This document shows, piece after piece, positions 26,705-42,177 of a DNA stretch of 64,000 nt (position 1 is the first letter of the stretch; the number at the start of each line of letters is the position of its first letter). The notes beneath the pieces were generated by a model that saw only the letters and a program-made list of their open reading frames with translations, was not told the origin of the DNA and ran no database searches. The stretch comes from Parasitella parasitica NRRL 2501 (Eukaryota; Fungi; Mucoromycota), in the NCBI GenBank assembly GCA_025201805.1, contig MU619313.1, positions 43,056 through 107,055 of the forward strand, written 5' to 3'. The translations under genes were made by a program, and so were the position numbers.

Positions 26705-27068
26705 TCGGGTGTGTGCTATTTGTGATTCTACACATCTTTTACTATTAATTCTCTAAGAGCCTGAGCTTGATCGTATAATCAGATTACCAAGTTTTCTTAT
26801 TTTTAATAATTGCTGCTCGTTTCTCTTTTTACATTCCTGGTATTTTGACTCTTGGTCCATGGTTGAAATGTGTATTTGCAGAAGAGCTTGGTTTGGGTTG
26901 TGTAAACCTCATCTTTATAAAGATTCCAACAAACACTCCGCCAAGCAAATTTTTTTTTTTTTTTTTTAGCTTGAAGCTCTGGCACCAACTATAAAATCCT
27001 CGCCGACATCTCAAGACACTTGCTTTCAAGACGCTAGCGGCGCAAAAGAAGCTATCTCGTTTTATTAG

Positions 27069-28436
27069 TTAATTGGCTTTCTTCCAAATAGCCCATTCCT
27101 CCAAGGTGTTGTCATCAATGTCATCGTATCTCATTATAAAAGCGCCTTCGCCAGCAGCCACAATCTGACTATGTGCATTGTATTAGAAGCAGCTGTTATT
27201 ATGAGGTTAATCGGTCACTTACCGACAATCTCGATTAAAGACACAGCATCTGATGGCTCTAGTTGATTTCTTATGGCGTAGCTCTGCTACCTTTTCGCCA
27301 GTTTGAATATTGTACACATAAATGGCGCCATAAGCTGATCCAACGCACAAGCAACGTTCATCCACACTCACATCGAACCTAGATTTGTTTTCTTTACAGG
27401 CAAGTGAAAAAGAATGCAGCAGCTCTTGTGTCTTTGTATTCCAGAAGTGCAACTGGTTATCAATCGACTTTGTTAGCAGGTTGCCCTCTGCAAATCGAAT
27501 ACAATCAATATGATTGCTGCCGTGCATTTTCTTTAATACGCGCGCTTCGTTTTTGGCCACCATTAATGGCATATTGTCGTCAGTTGTATCCATAATAGCG
27601 GGAATAGTCCATTCGCAGATATCACCCGTATGGCTCCCAGTTATGAACGTGGTACCTGAGGGATGAAAGCACTATAGCTTTCTTTGATGAGATGACGTTT
27701 CTGGTGACATTGTAAACACTCACAGATGCAGTCAATGGAGAATTAGCTTCAAATATGACAAGGCACTTTCCTCGGCCGATATCCCATAAGCGTATGGTAC
27801 TGTCCTGGGATGTTGATAGCATGTAGTTGTCATTCAGTGGATGCGATTGCAAATCAGATACTGCGTCTACACAATAGCCTGTGAGATTCCTGATAAATTG
27901 GTCATTTTATATTTGAAGTTTTATTGCTCATACTCGTATGTCCTTTTAAAAGTATTAGTTCCTCAGAGTTTGCTAGACTCAATACATGAATCATAGAATC
28001 GGCACCAGCCACTGCTAATAAAAGATCGCCTCCCCTGTCAAACCAACACATTGTATCCAGCTTATGCTTGCACTCATCCTTCACATTGGATGGAGTGATG
28101 TCGAAATTTGACATGATGTCTAGATGATCTCCACAATGTTCATTATCGTATATACTTAGCTAACCACATCAGCGCTTGAAATTTATATACATATGCATGT
28201 GCCCTTGATGCTTGATTTACCTCGCAGCCTCCTACAGAGCCAAGCACATTGGTTGTATCGATTGCATTTGCAGCGCCATTTTTCCTGCCCATGAAAAAGG
28301 CGAGCTGTGAAATGCCATGTCCATGGTTTTCCTTGACGATTCTCCTCAGTCTCATATTTCCAAAGAGTCTCACTGCGTGCGTCTGTTTTGATGGCGCAGG
28401 CAAATCTGGAGATAGTCTGCATTCTCTGCCCTTCAT
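27069..28436 (-). CDS. WD40 protein of EED/ESC-LRWD1 type (start uncertain)
   Basis: Motifs LRRIVKENHG, LAVAG..IHVL..LKGH, HPLNDNYMLSTSQDSTIRLWD and HSNHIDCIRFAEGNLLTKSIDNQLHFW (compare EED H.NYVDCVRW.G..ILSKS); multiple introns. Confidence 0.7.
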
Positions 28437-28592
28437 CTTGGCAAGTGTGTATACGGTATATTTGCTTGATCAAAGCTTGCCTTCGTCTCTTTTGAAGTTA
28501 GCTGTGACTCTTGGTCCACAGAGGATTTTGAACGACCGGTGAGGACATATCAAAGTTGTTTCTTTCTTTTTACACCAAAAGTTGCTGCCATT

Positions 28593-30662
<2,070 letters not shown>

Positions 30663-30891
30663 ATTTTTAAAAAGGTCACGAAATTTTTGGTATAGACTTA
30701 TGCTTGAAATTTTTCAAAGATTATACAATGAACAAAGTTACTATATATACAACATGAGAAAAAAAAAAAAAAAAAGAAACTAATAAAAAATTTATATAAA
30801 TTTATGGTATATCATCTCCTTTTTCTTTCTTCTTCATTTTAATATATATAAATATATATAAATATTAATCATATACAACATCAACATCAAC

Positions 30892-31355
30892 ATGTGTGAT
30901 CTAAACTGGTGTCCTGTTTGCGATAAAGCCATTTCACATGAATCTGTAATGTATTTAATAATAATATAGAAGCAAGGCATCCAAGAATTTACCATTTTAA
31001 ACAGGACTCATTATATTGCTCAATTAATTGCTTCACGTTGGACACAAAGAGTCAAGTCAATCCAAGTAAATTCTTAGCATTTCTCAAGCCAAAGTCTTTA
31101 ATATTGTATAAAAAAAAGCAAGAGATGAGCGTGCCAAAATTAAGCAAATCAATTTACACATCATCTACTCTATCGAATCAATTCTCTTCCGAATTTTTCT
31201 TTGGAAAAGCCATTGATGATGACGACCTGCAGTTACCTGAATGCTGTGATTTCTGCGATAGCGTGAAAAATGAAATACACCAAGAAAACCCACCGTTATT
31301 CTATGATAAACCATACCATACTACATCTTCTCCAATCTTTATACCCATCCCTTAA
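30892..31355 (+). CDS. ECL1-like small Cys-motif protein (copy 1)
   Basis: Exons 30892-30945 and 31005-31355 give MCDLNWCPVCDKAISHESDSLYCSINCFTLD (CxxCD..LYCSxxC). Confidence 0.8.
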
Positions 31356-32473
31356 TTGTATACTAATATATCCATATTTTCTTTGTTCATTGGTATATTT
31401 ATACATACATTTTCATTACATAAAAAAAAAAAAAAATTCATTATCAAGTTTCTTATTCTTGGTTACTTTTATATAGTCTTATCAACGAATTTAGCTTTGA
31501 GGTCTCCAAAACCTTACGGCAAGTGCGTAAAACGTTTCATATTGTAAACTAAACTATAAACACGGTTTCCAACACTGATCTAAATTGCAGCGTCTGCTGG
31601 TAAGTGACCATACATCTTACATCTAGTTTGCATTTGTTCTATGTGGAAAAAAGTCCCGTGCACCTGAGCTATTAGTAAATTTACGTACATCAACCCCAAA
31701 ATTCTCAACGAAGCTAGGTTTTCGAATATCCAGCATCTTTTCTTATACACAATAAAATATATCATGACCCTCTAGGCATCTTAGGCCGCCTACTAAACAG
31801 ATACCACGATCTCTAATTACTAAAATACGGCAGAAATTATGATCTTTTTCGGCGGGTTCAATTTCTCAAAATAGTAACTGAATGGTTTACTTACTATATA
31901 GCGACTATCTGGTGTATTTGCAAAAAAAAAAGCGATTACTGAAAAAAAGAATAAAGAGTTTTTTATGAGGGCGCTTGGGGCAAATCGATGGGCTTTGCTA
32001 CTTTTCAAATTTTGTCGCCAAAAAATGATTAAAGTCGAAAATGATTAGATTGGCCTCAAAATGTACATGTGATTGCTATCTTTGGGCAAAATATCCAAAA
32101 AATACATTTCTTAAGCCAAAATTTTGGCATAAAACTAAACTCAATAAGTGCTAATAGATGCAAAGTTTATCAGCGTCTATCAATATAAAAAGTAAATTTA
32201 CTTGAACATATTGTTAAAGTGTGAATCTGCGAAAAATTATATACTGTATTGCGGAAATTTTAATATTTTGATTATCACCATCAAAATCTACAGGTTTCTA
32301 ACGCCTGTATACGGTATACATTAAAGTTATCTGTTTAAATTTCAGAGATCACTTTCTGCTCATTGTGTGCTTGTTGTTTTTCGAGCAATAAGGAACAGGC
32401 ATATACTGAAACTATAGGTTTGAGACTAAATATCAGAAAGCGAAGAGCGAAGAGCGAAAAACGAAAAGAATAG

Positions 32474-32993
32474 ATGATTCCCTATTGCAGGCTTAACCAT
32501 CATCAACCCTCCAGCTTCGTTTCTGAAGCCATCCAGTGGGATTCGAAGCAAAGTACAGTCATCCAAAGAGAAAGTAGATTACTGGAATACCCTCCAGACG
32601 CAATTTCGAATCTGTCTTCTACGCTCAATTTTGCATTACAGAAAGAAAATGAAGACTATGATGAGCAGTACATCTCTTTATTGAAAAGTACTAGAATACC
32701 CAAAGGTGTAGTGCAAGAGGCAGAAGCAAAAAGCAAGAGTCCAGAGAAAATTGCAATAATCTTAAACACCGTATATACATAGAATAAAAAGGCTGCAAGT
32801 CCAAAGAAGAATTATGAATACTGGACAGACTTTATGGAAGCTGATGTTTTTGAACACTTGATTCTACCCCGCGCTCTCGCTTTAGGCTCCAAGCAAATCA
32901 ATCAAGATACCAGCTTGACTACTTTAAAAGATGAGTACAGAGTTTTAGAGATGGAAAAGAATCTTGGAAAAAAAATAATGCTCAAGACAAATG
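32474..32993 (+). pseudogene. Degraded ORF of unknown (possibly TE) origin, cut by an LTR-like repeat
   Basis: ORFs at 32474 and 32834 share a frame and are separated by one TAG. Protein-like composition stops where the LTR-like repeat begins. Confidence 0.4.
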
Positions 32994-33292
32994 TGCCACG
33001 ACCAAGTCTCAGCACTTGCTGGTCTTGGCTGCCTTTTGTTTGGAATAACTTTCTTTTGTTTGGAATAACTTGCCCCTGTTTCGACCCAAACTCCACCACT
33101 GCCAAACGCACACAATTCAACAATTTAGCCCTATCTTTTTTTTTTTACAGAAAACAGATAATGGGTTCGCCTTTCGATGGAGGTAGTACTCTTTGAGGGT
33201 AAGTAAGCAAATATAAAAAGTGGGGATAACTCAATGTAAATCGAGCGCTGAATCTTTGGTTTTGACCTTTTGATACTATTGGGAAAGTGACA
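32994..33292 (+). repeat. Probable solo LTR (~299 bp)
   Basis: Ends TGCCAC...GTGACA (TG..CA with a near-perfect 6-bp inverted end). Internal 19-bp tandem duplication (33033-33071) and TATAAAAAG at ~33212. 33221-33294 matches the reverse complement of 63927-64000 at 66/74. No TSD seen. Confidence 0.6.
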
Positions 33293-33863
33293 TTGGAAAT
33301 CAAATAATACTACAGAATCCATGAACAAATATGTGCCTCTTGGTGAACAATGCAATGTTGTTACCAAATCTGTTTGTATACAAGTAAGTATGTGGTCATT
33401 GTGTTTGCAGCAGATGTCTATACAACCGCTTGATGAGTAACACCAACTGCTTTTCAAAATGGACGCTCGAGCCTTATTGCTTAGTACATCCCAGCATACA
33501 GTCCTTTATCAAACAGATCATAAATAAGATGTAAACAAGCGCCTATCAGATTCGTGCACTATGCGTGTATATGTATATGGGTTTGTGCCTGACCTGAAAT
33601 CCAGGATAATGTTTGCTAATGACTCACAGACTCCAAACCATTCTTTTTCATATTTTTTCTCTCTTTCTTCTTTCTTTTTCCTGTCAATACACCATACTTT
33701 GTACGTACATTCATTTATAATAGTAATTGTAAGCGAAAGGTAGTGCTAATAACGTTACACTAACAGAGTCATACTTGCACATCACATACCCAACACGTTT
33801 CTTTACATATATATATCATATATATGAGCCACTATACTGGCTCACAAATACATTTTTAACATT

Positions 33864-34184
33864 ATGAGCGATCTCAATTGGTGTACATTTTGCGATAATG
33901 CCGTAAGTCCCTTTTCTGTAACGATACGCTTATTTCTCTAGACGCACTAAACTTTCAACTTTATTTAGAAGTTCCTCTATTGTAGTGATCAGTGCTTAAA
34001 AGCAGATGCGCTTCGTAATCACCCTTTGTTCGGTTACAAGTACCCAGAATGCACTAATTTTTTTACTCATCGTAGTCGTAGCGCAATCATTATCAATGGT
34101 AGTAGTCATCGCTTGCCGCCTAGTATTTTGTCTGCTATTGCTAAAGCCGTCAGCGCCCCTCTCATTCCTTCATCCAAAAATTGA
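33864..34184 (+). CDS. ECL1-like small Cys-motif protein (copy 2)
   Basis: Exons 33864-33917 and 33969-34184 give MSDLNWCTFCDNAVSPFSKFLYCSDQCLKADA; same 54-nt first exon as copy 1. Confidence 0.8.
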
Positions 34185-34524
34185 TCGCATGTTGCACAAA
34201 CAGATCTTTTGTGCATAAATACATATGAACCCCTTCAGCTACCAACTTGAACTAAACTACAAATTATAAAGAAAAAATTATAGTGTGTTTTATTAACCTC
34301 CTTTGTAACAAATGCCTCCCAGTTTTTTATATATAGACAAGGCTATAATCCCCTTCCTCTCCTCACTCATATTTCTGCTCTAATTAGCGCAGTACTTTTC
34401 TTGATCTGTATGATATTGTATTCTTTACCCCTTGTATCAATTCAAAATTACGCATATCCCTTTTTTTTATATACGCTTCGCTTGTAATTGTTGTTTGGGA
34501 GGCGGCTACTCGTCGTTGTTATTT

Positions 34525-37500
34525 ATGTTGTTGTTAGTGAGACATATGCTCATGTCTCTCTTGCTTTCTCCTTTTTATACATTCAGATATATCGTAAACA
34601 AAGACTTTTATTTTTTTCTTTCACTTTCTCTCTCTCTCTCTTCCTCCCTCCCTCCCTCTCTCTCTTCTTCCCTCTTCTTTCTTTCCTTTTTGATAGACAA
34701 ATAAAATGGAAGATGAACCCACTTCACTGCAGCTGAGCCAATTCCAATATCATAAAAATACATCCGACTTAATAGATGATGGCGCCATGCAGGACTTCAA
34801 ATCGTTTCATTGCCACGACAGCTTTAATAATTACACATTTCTAGTTTCCCGAAAACGAGGATCGACATTTATATATCCGTCAGAACGAGATGAATCTCTC
34901 GTTGAGCTAAAGATTGGAGCTTTGCTGCCATTTCACCAAAACAACGATCCCTGGACAAGGACCATGACGATGAGGTATAGTGATGCANNNNNNNNNNNNN
35001 NNNNNNNNNNNNNNNNNNNNNNAAAAAAAAAAAAAAAAAAAAAACAGGGCACATTAAAATTCATTTTCATTATAGTGGTATTTCTGCTATTCGATTGGCT
35101 GTAGCAGAGATAAATGCACAACGTCTTATCCCAGGCGCATACGTTACGCTGATAGAGAAGGATTCATATCCAAAAAATGTAAGAGGACAAGCTGCCATTA
35201 CAGAGGCAGTGTATTCTGCTATCTCATTAATACAGGAAGGCGTGGTCGGAGTCATTGGCGATATTTCTTCTTCATGGACCTCGCTATCAGCATTAATGAC
35301 AAGCACATTACAGATACCACAGTGCTCATTTTCAGCCATAGCTAGTAAGACGATTTATGTGATGGCTTACCAACACACAGCATTAACATGAAAAACGACT
35401 GTAGCTTCCTTGTCGGATAAATCTCAATTTCGCTACTTTTTCAGAACAGCACCTACTAATTTGCTGTACTCGGATGCCGCCATTGCATTTATTGTAAGCC
35501 AAGGATGGCCTCAGCTCGGTATAATCTATTCAAATGATGATTTTGGGCAGCAATGTAAGCCAAACACATGGCATAATGGCATACTCTATTCTTATTTCTG
35601 TTCAATACTAGTGTCCGAAAATGTTGTCATGAAAGCTCGAATGCACGATATTCACGTAAAAACTTATTTATCTTTCTACGATGATGGCCCCAAGAGCGAC
35701 ATCAAGAAATCGCTTGATATGCTAGTAGCAACTGGCGTTCGAGTGATATTTGTTGCTGCTGAAAACGCTGCCCAAATGGCGGTACTGACTATTGCAGCAC
35801 ACAGTGGCTACATCAACGACAAAACAGTGTGGATTACAATCAACGCTGACACCAACACACTCTTTGCAGCAGTGAAAGACTATAATGCTATTTTAGGCAG
35901 ACGAGCAAACAACACAGACGTCGTGCCAGCCATCTATAAAACAGCCTTCGCTGACGATGCGTCGTCCAACACAACAAAATCAGACCGAGCATCAAGGAAG
36001 CAATCTCTGATTGACTTGATCGACCCAGTTGAATACGGTGCTCGTACAACTAACAATTTCACACAGATTGATTTCAACTCTACGTTTTCTGGCGGTGTCT
36101 TTACTTTTGATGTCTTGAAGGAATTGCCGGGATATCCTCCTTTTGACACTTTTTTGAATAAATGGTCTCATTTAGACCCTGCCATGTAATACCTATATAT
36201 ATATATATATATATACATACAAAAAAAACACACATTTCGATAGCTAACCCATATGTACAATAATAGATATCCGTACGGAGGACAAAACAACATTAGCAGC
36301 AATGAAGGTATGGCTTACTCCTGCATGATGGTCATGGCTAGCGGCTTCAATCAAACCATCAACAATTCTTCATTGCCATCTTCCCGCAAATCTGATGTGC
36401 TGAGAAAACTGGCTTCGGGCCAGCTTGGCGAATCCCTGAATCTATCGGCTTTCAACACATCCTTTGTTGGGCCAGAAGGACCTGTTGTATTTGACCAAAA
36501 TGGAGACTTGACATCCGGGTAACGTTCGCTTTTGTTCAATAATAGTTTTACAATCAACTGAAAAAAAAAGTTGCTATAGAAACTTCAAGCTGTACAATCT
36601 CCAAAACGGTTCTCAAATCGAAATTGGCAACATTATCGCCGGTAATATGAATCTGACATCTCTGCCCATCTACCATGATGGCACCACAAAGGTACATGTA
36701 TTTATTCGGCGCTGAAAACGGCGCATTTCTTGCTTACAATGCGTCTTATTAGTATAGATACCCACAGGTGTTCCTGATCGATTGTATCTAAATCCAGGTT
36801 ACAGCTCTCCTGTGACAATTGCTTTGCTTGTTATATCGTCAATAGGAGCCTTCATTGCGTTATTTAGCATGGTCATTGTGCTCCGGTACAGAAAGCAAGA
36901 AATTTTCAAAGCATCTAGGTATGCTATTTAGGCACACAGTGTACAGTTGACCTGTTTTAACAATATAACCGATAGCCCTTTGTTTTGCGTCCTTGAATTG
37001 ATCGGATTCCTGCTTTCGTACGTCTCGCTGTTCTTTTTTGTGGGATATAGAACAAAACTAAATTGCACGCTGATCCCAATCACTTTTCATTTGGGATATT
37101 CGCTTATATTGGGGTAAGACACACGCAAATGGCTTACGGGGAATTCAAAAAAAAAGTCTCATGTCTCGTCATTTGTATAGAAACTTGATTGCCAAAAACT
37201 ACCGTATATATCGTATCTTCAACAACATTTTCATCACGCGCACCGTCGTGACAGATGTCCAGCTGTTGAGAGTGTCAGGATCAATATTCGCCACCACTTC
37301 TGTAAGGTTATACAGACATGTTGATAAAGCATCGACTGACTTGCTTTTCCCAATTTTTAGGTTATTCTGATTGCTTGGTTTGTATCTGTTACCGTGTCAA
37401 CAGTCAATGTACCGGTCTCCAGGACTGCATACTATACAGATTGCTCATATGAAGGAGGCGTAGGGCACACTGTATTTATCACGCTATTGACATTATTCGG

Positions 37501-38981
37501 CTCATTCCAGCTCATGTTTGCTACCTATTTAGCGTTCAAGACGAGATCTGTGGGTCGAAACTACTCCAAGTATAGTGAATACAAGCAGATTGGACTCTCC
37601 GTGTACAACATCTTTTTTTCCGTGCTGATCGGATTCATCATCTTTTTTGTGCCGACTACAGACTACTACACTCGTCATTATCTGACAGCCACTATGATTG
37701 TTTGGGCTACAACTTTTTCCCTGTTGACCCTCTTTTTGCCCAAATTGCATTCCTTCTTCTTGCCAGAAAAAGACGACGCCGCAGCCCAGTTTGGAAAGGC
37801 TTCCGATCTGAGTGGAAGGCAACGGCATAGAAACAATGCTGTCGGCAGCCCCAAATCCACCACCAACAATGACTCGTATCATGACCAGTTTGTGTCCTCA
37901 AGGCTCGACGATGATAGCATTAGCACCTACTTGATGAATTTGAATCGCATGGTCGACAATCCGCTGGAGCCTGCAGATGACTCCAAGGTGAAAATGAACA
38001 ATATATCCCCCAAAGGACGAATGAATGGTATCGTGATGGAGGTACACGAGGTACGTATATATTTGTATATATACATATATATATATATACATATATCGCT
38101 CCTTTCGGGACACTCCTAATTGACAAATATATTAGACCGAAGTGCCCATCCAGCAGGTATTCAAGTATTTCCCGTTTTTGGCTGCATGGGACATGATGTC
38201 AGTTGTCTTGATGCCGAGTATATCTTATTTTAGTTTTTTTTCTGTATGTATTCCGCGAGCATAGGCCAGACAATACATGTATTCTAACCCTTCGATACAG
38301 GAAAAAACATGCAAAGGAAAGGTGTTTGCGTACTCTGGCTCCACCATAGAAACATCAAGATCAAACGAATACATTTTGAAGATCCATGGCCTTGGCATGT
38401 TCAACGTGCTAATGCAAGTAGAGTCAGAAAAGGAATTGATTAAATGGAACGACTGGTTCAACACTCGCGTAAAGTCCTCTCCTACAGCATATTCATCTAC
38501 AACATCAACTCCAACCAAAGAAGAGGGACATGCCCTTTTAAGCTCATCGCTCCTCCCTAAAATGGATCAGTCGAATGATGACAATGACAAGCTAAAAAAG
38601 TCAATAAGAAGATTGACAAGGCAATCACGACAAGACTCTGGACTCACCACACACCATTTGTTAGCTGATGACGATGGAGACTATGGCGATGACGATGACG
38701 ATGACGACGACGATGATGGCGATGAACAGATCCACGAGCAAGATGGTATGAGAGAAAGTGAACGAGCAAATCAAACAGCACTTGATGGCCAGTATCTCCA
38801 CTCTATATCGTTAGATTCAGTCTCTCGAAGGTCTGATGAGGAAGAACAGAGCCCTAACGAAAGATCTTCGTTCTATGCTTCCTTTGCACAGTATCTGAAT
38901 AGCCCACATACAACAACCAATTTAGGGTCGGCAACCACAGTCGTTGTGCCTGAAAATGAAAATGATGATAGCCGCGTGTAA
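34525..38981 (+). CDS. Class C (GABA-B/mGluR-like) GPCR: Venus-flytrap domain plus 7TM
   Basis: Motifs LKIGALLP, AIRLAVAEINA, GVVGVIGDISS, IPQCSFS, LSDKSQFRYFFRT, GPEGPVVFDQNGD, FKASSPLF, LIAKNYRIYRIF, LAFKTRSV..YSEYKQIG and LFLPK. About 14 exons; the first (signal-peptide) exon is tentative; an N-gap lies in an intron. Confidence 0.9.
34988..35022. other. 35-N gap/masked segment
   Basis: Run of N before a poly(A) tract. Confidence 0.95.
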
Positions 38982-39155
38982 CTTAATTTCTTTATGTTGC
39001 TGGTCCATCATTAAAAGACTAATTGCATGTATTGTTAATAAAATATGTATAAAAATATTGCAAAGAGAATATATTATTGTACATGTCTGGTTTATATACG
39101 TATATCATTGAATATATATGACTAGTCTAGAAATATGGAGAAGGAGCATCAGTAT

Positions 39156-40925
<1,770 letters not shown>

Positions 40926-42177
40926 GATTGAAGTTGAATTTACAGGGCAAAAAGAGAGAAAGAAAGAAAGTAAAAGAAACTGGGTAAAAGGGACGAAACT
41001 GGGAGCTTTTATATTGTGCCATGTTGGTTTTTTGGCCTCAACTCCGTTGTATTTGCAGTTTATAATCCATCTCCACTATTGTGTCTCGCTATAAAAGGGT
41101 AACATTTAAGGATTTTGTTTGAATTGTTCAGTCTTGCTGGTTCCTTTTTTATAGATGGAACACTGAGATATTAAGCTGCTACTGGACATGAAAATCAAAG
41201 TTTTGCTCTTTTTTTTTTAAAGGAAAAGAGATGAATTACATACAACCACCTACTTCCACTCTTAAATGTATTTAAATCAGATAAATGCGTATGGTAGTTG
41301 ATCACAAAAAAGTGGCTCTACATATTGACTGGATCGTAAGCCCCTCAGCTTTTTTCCCACATATTTTAATAATCCAGCTACTGCATCAAGCTTGGTGCAC
41401 GTCAAAATAAACAAGAAGCCCTTTATGCGCGGAAGAAAACAATTGTATTGACCGTTGTTATAGTAACCACCCCCTCGTCTCCTTTCCAAATCATCTTGTT
41501 ACTTCTTTCAGTGTGTAGACGTTATCCAAAATAACTCGAAATACCTTATCTTTTTCTTTATAAAGAACACGCTAATTCAAGTAGCACATATAATTTTATA
41601 GCACAACAGGGGGGGGGGCCCAAATGTCACACGAATAGACCACCTGTCAAAAATTTAAGAGATTTCTATATGTATTAGCTCTTATAATCTCACCTGGTAT
41701 TTTGAGATTATGTGTTGAGCATATATTTTTAAAATGATCTACTTGATTTATATCGCAGATATTTTGTTCAATTTACCCCACATTGACACTTTTTGTTGCA
41801 CAAACATTGCTGTCGCTGTTTGGTGTCTACAAGAAATTATGCGGAGATCTTTAAATTTCGACACATGTAGCCCGAGACATTAACTTTTTAGTAGAGCTAT
41901 ATACCATACAAATACAGCGTTCCTCTTCTTGCTTATAGAGCTTTAATAACTTTTTTTTTTCTTGTCGAAAACTGATCGTGTTGTCTACAATGGATGTTAT
42001 TCAGTGCTCATATATGTGATGGCTATTTGTCACAATGTAGTTGAATGCACGCTTTGGACAAAATGCAAGTTGTATGATGATATTGATGCAGTATCGTAAG
42101 TTGCTTTTTTGACCATAATCATTACTCAGAAAGGTATATTTATTATTCTTTAAAATGCAAACAGTTGATCATTACTA

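Noticed and set aside
41607-41630. CAGGGGGGGGGGCCAAATGTCAC resembling a transposon terminus
   Set aside because: No inverted partner found in the window.
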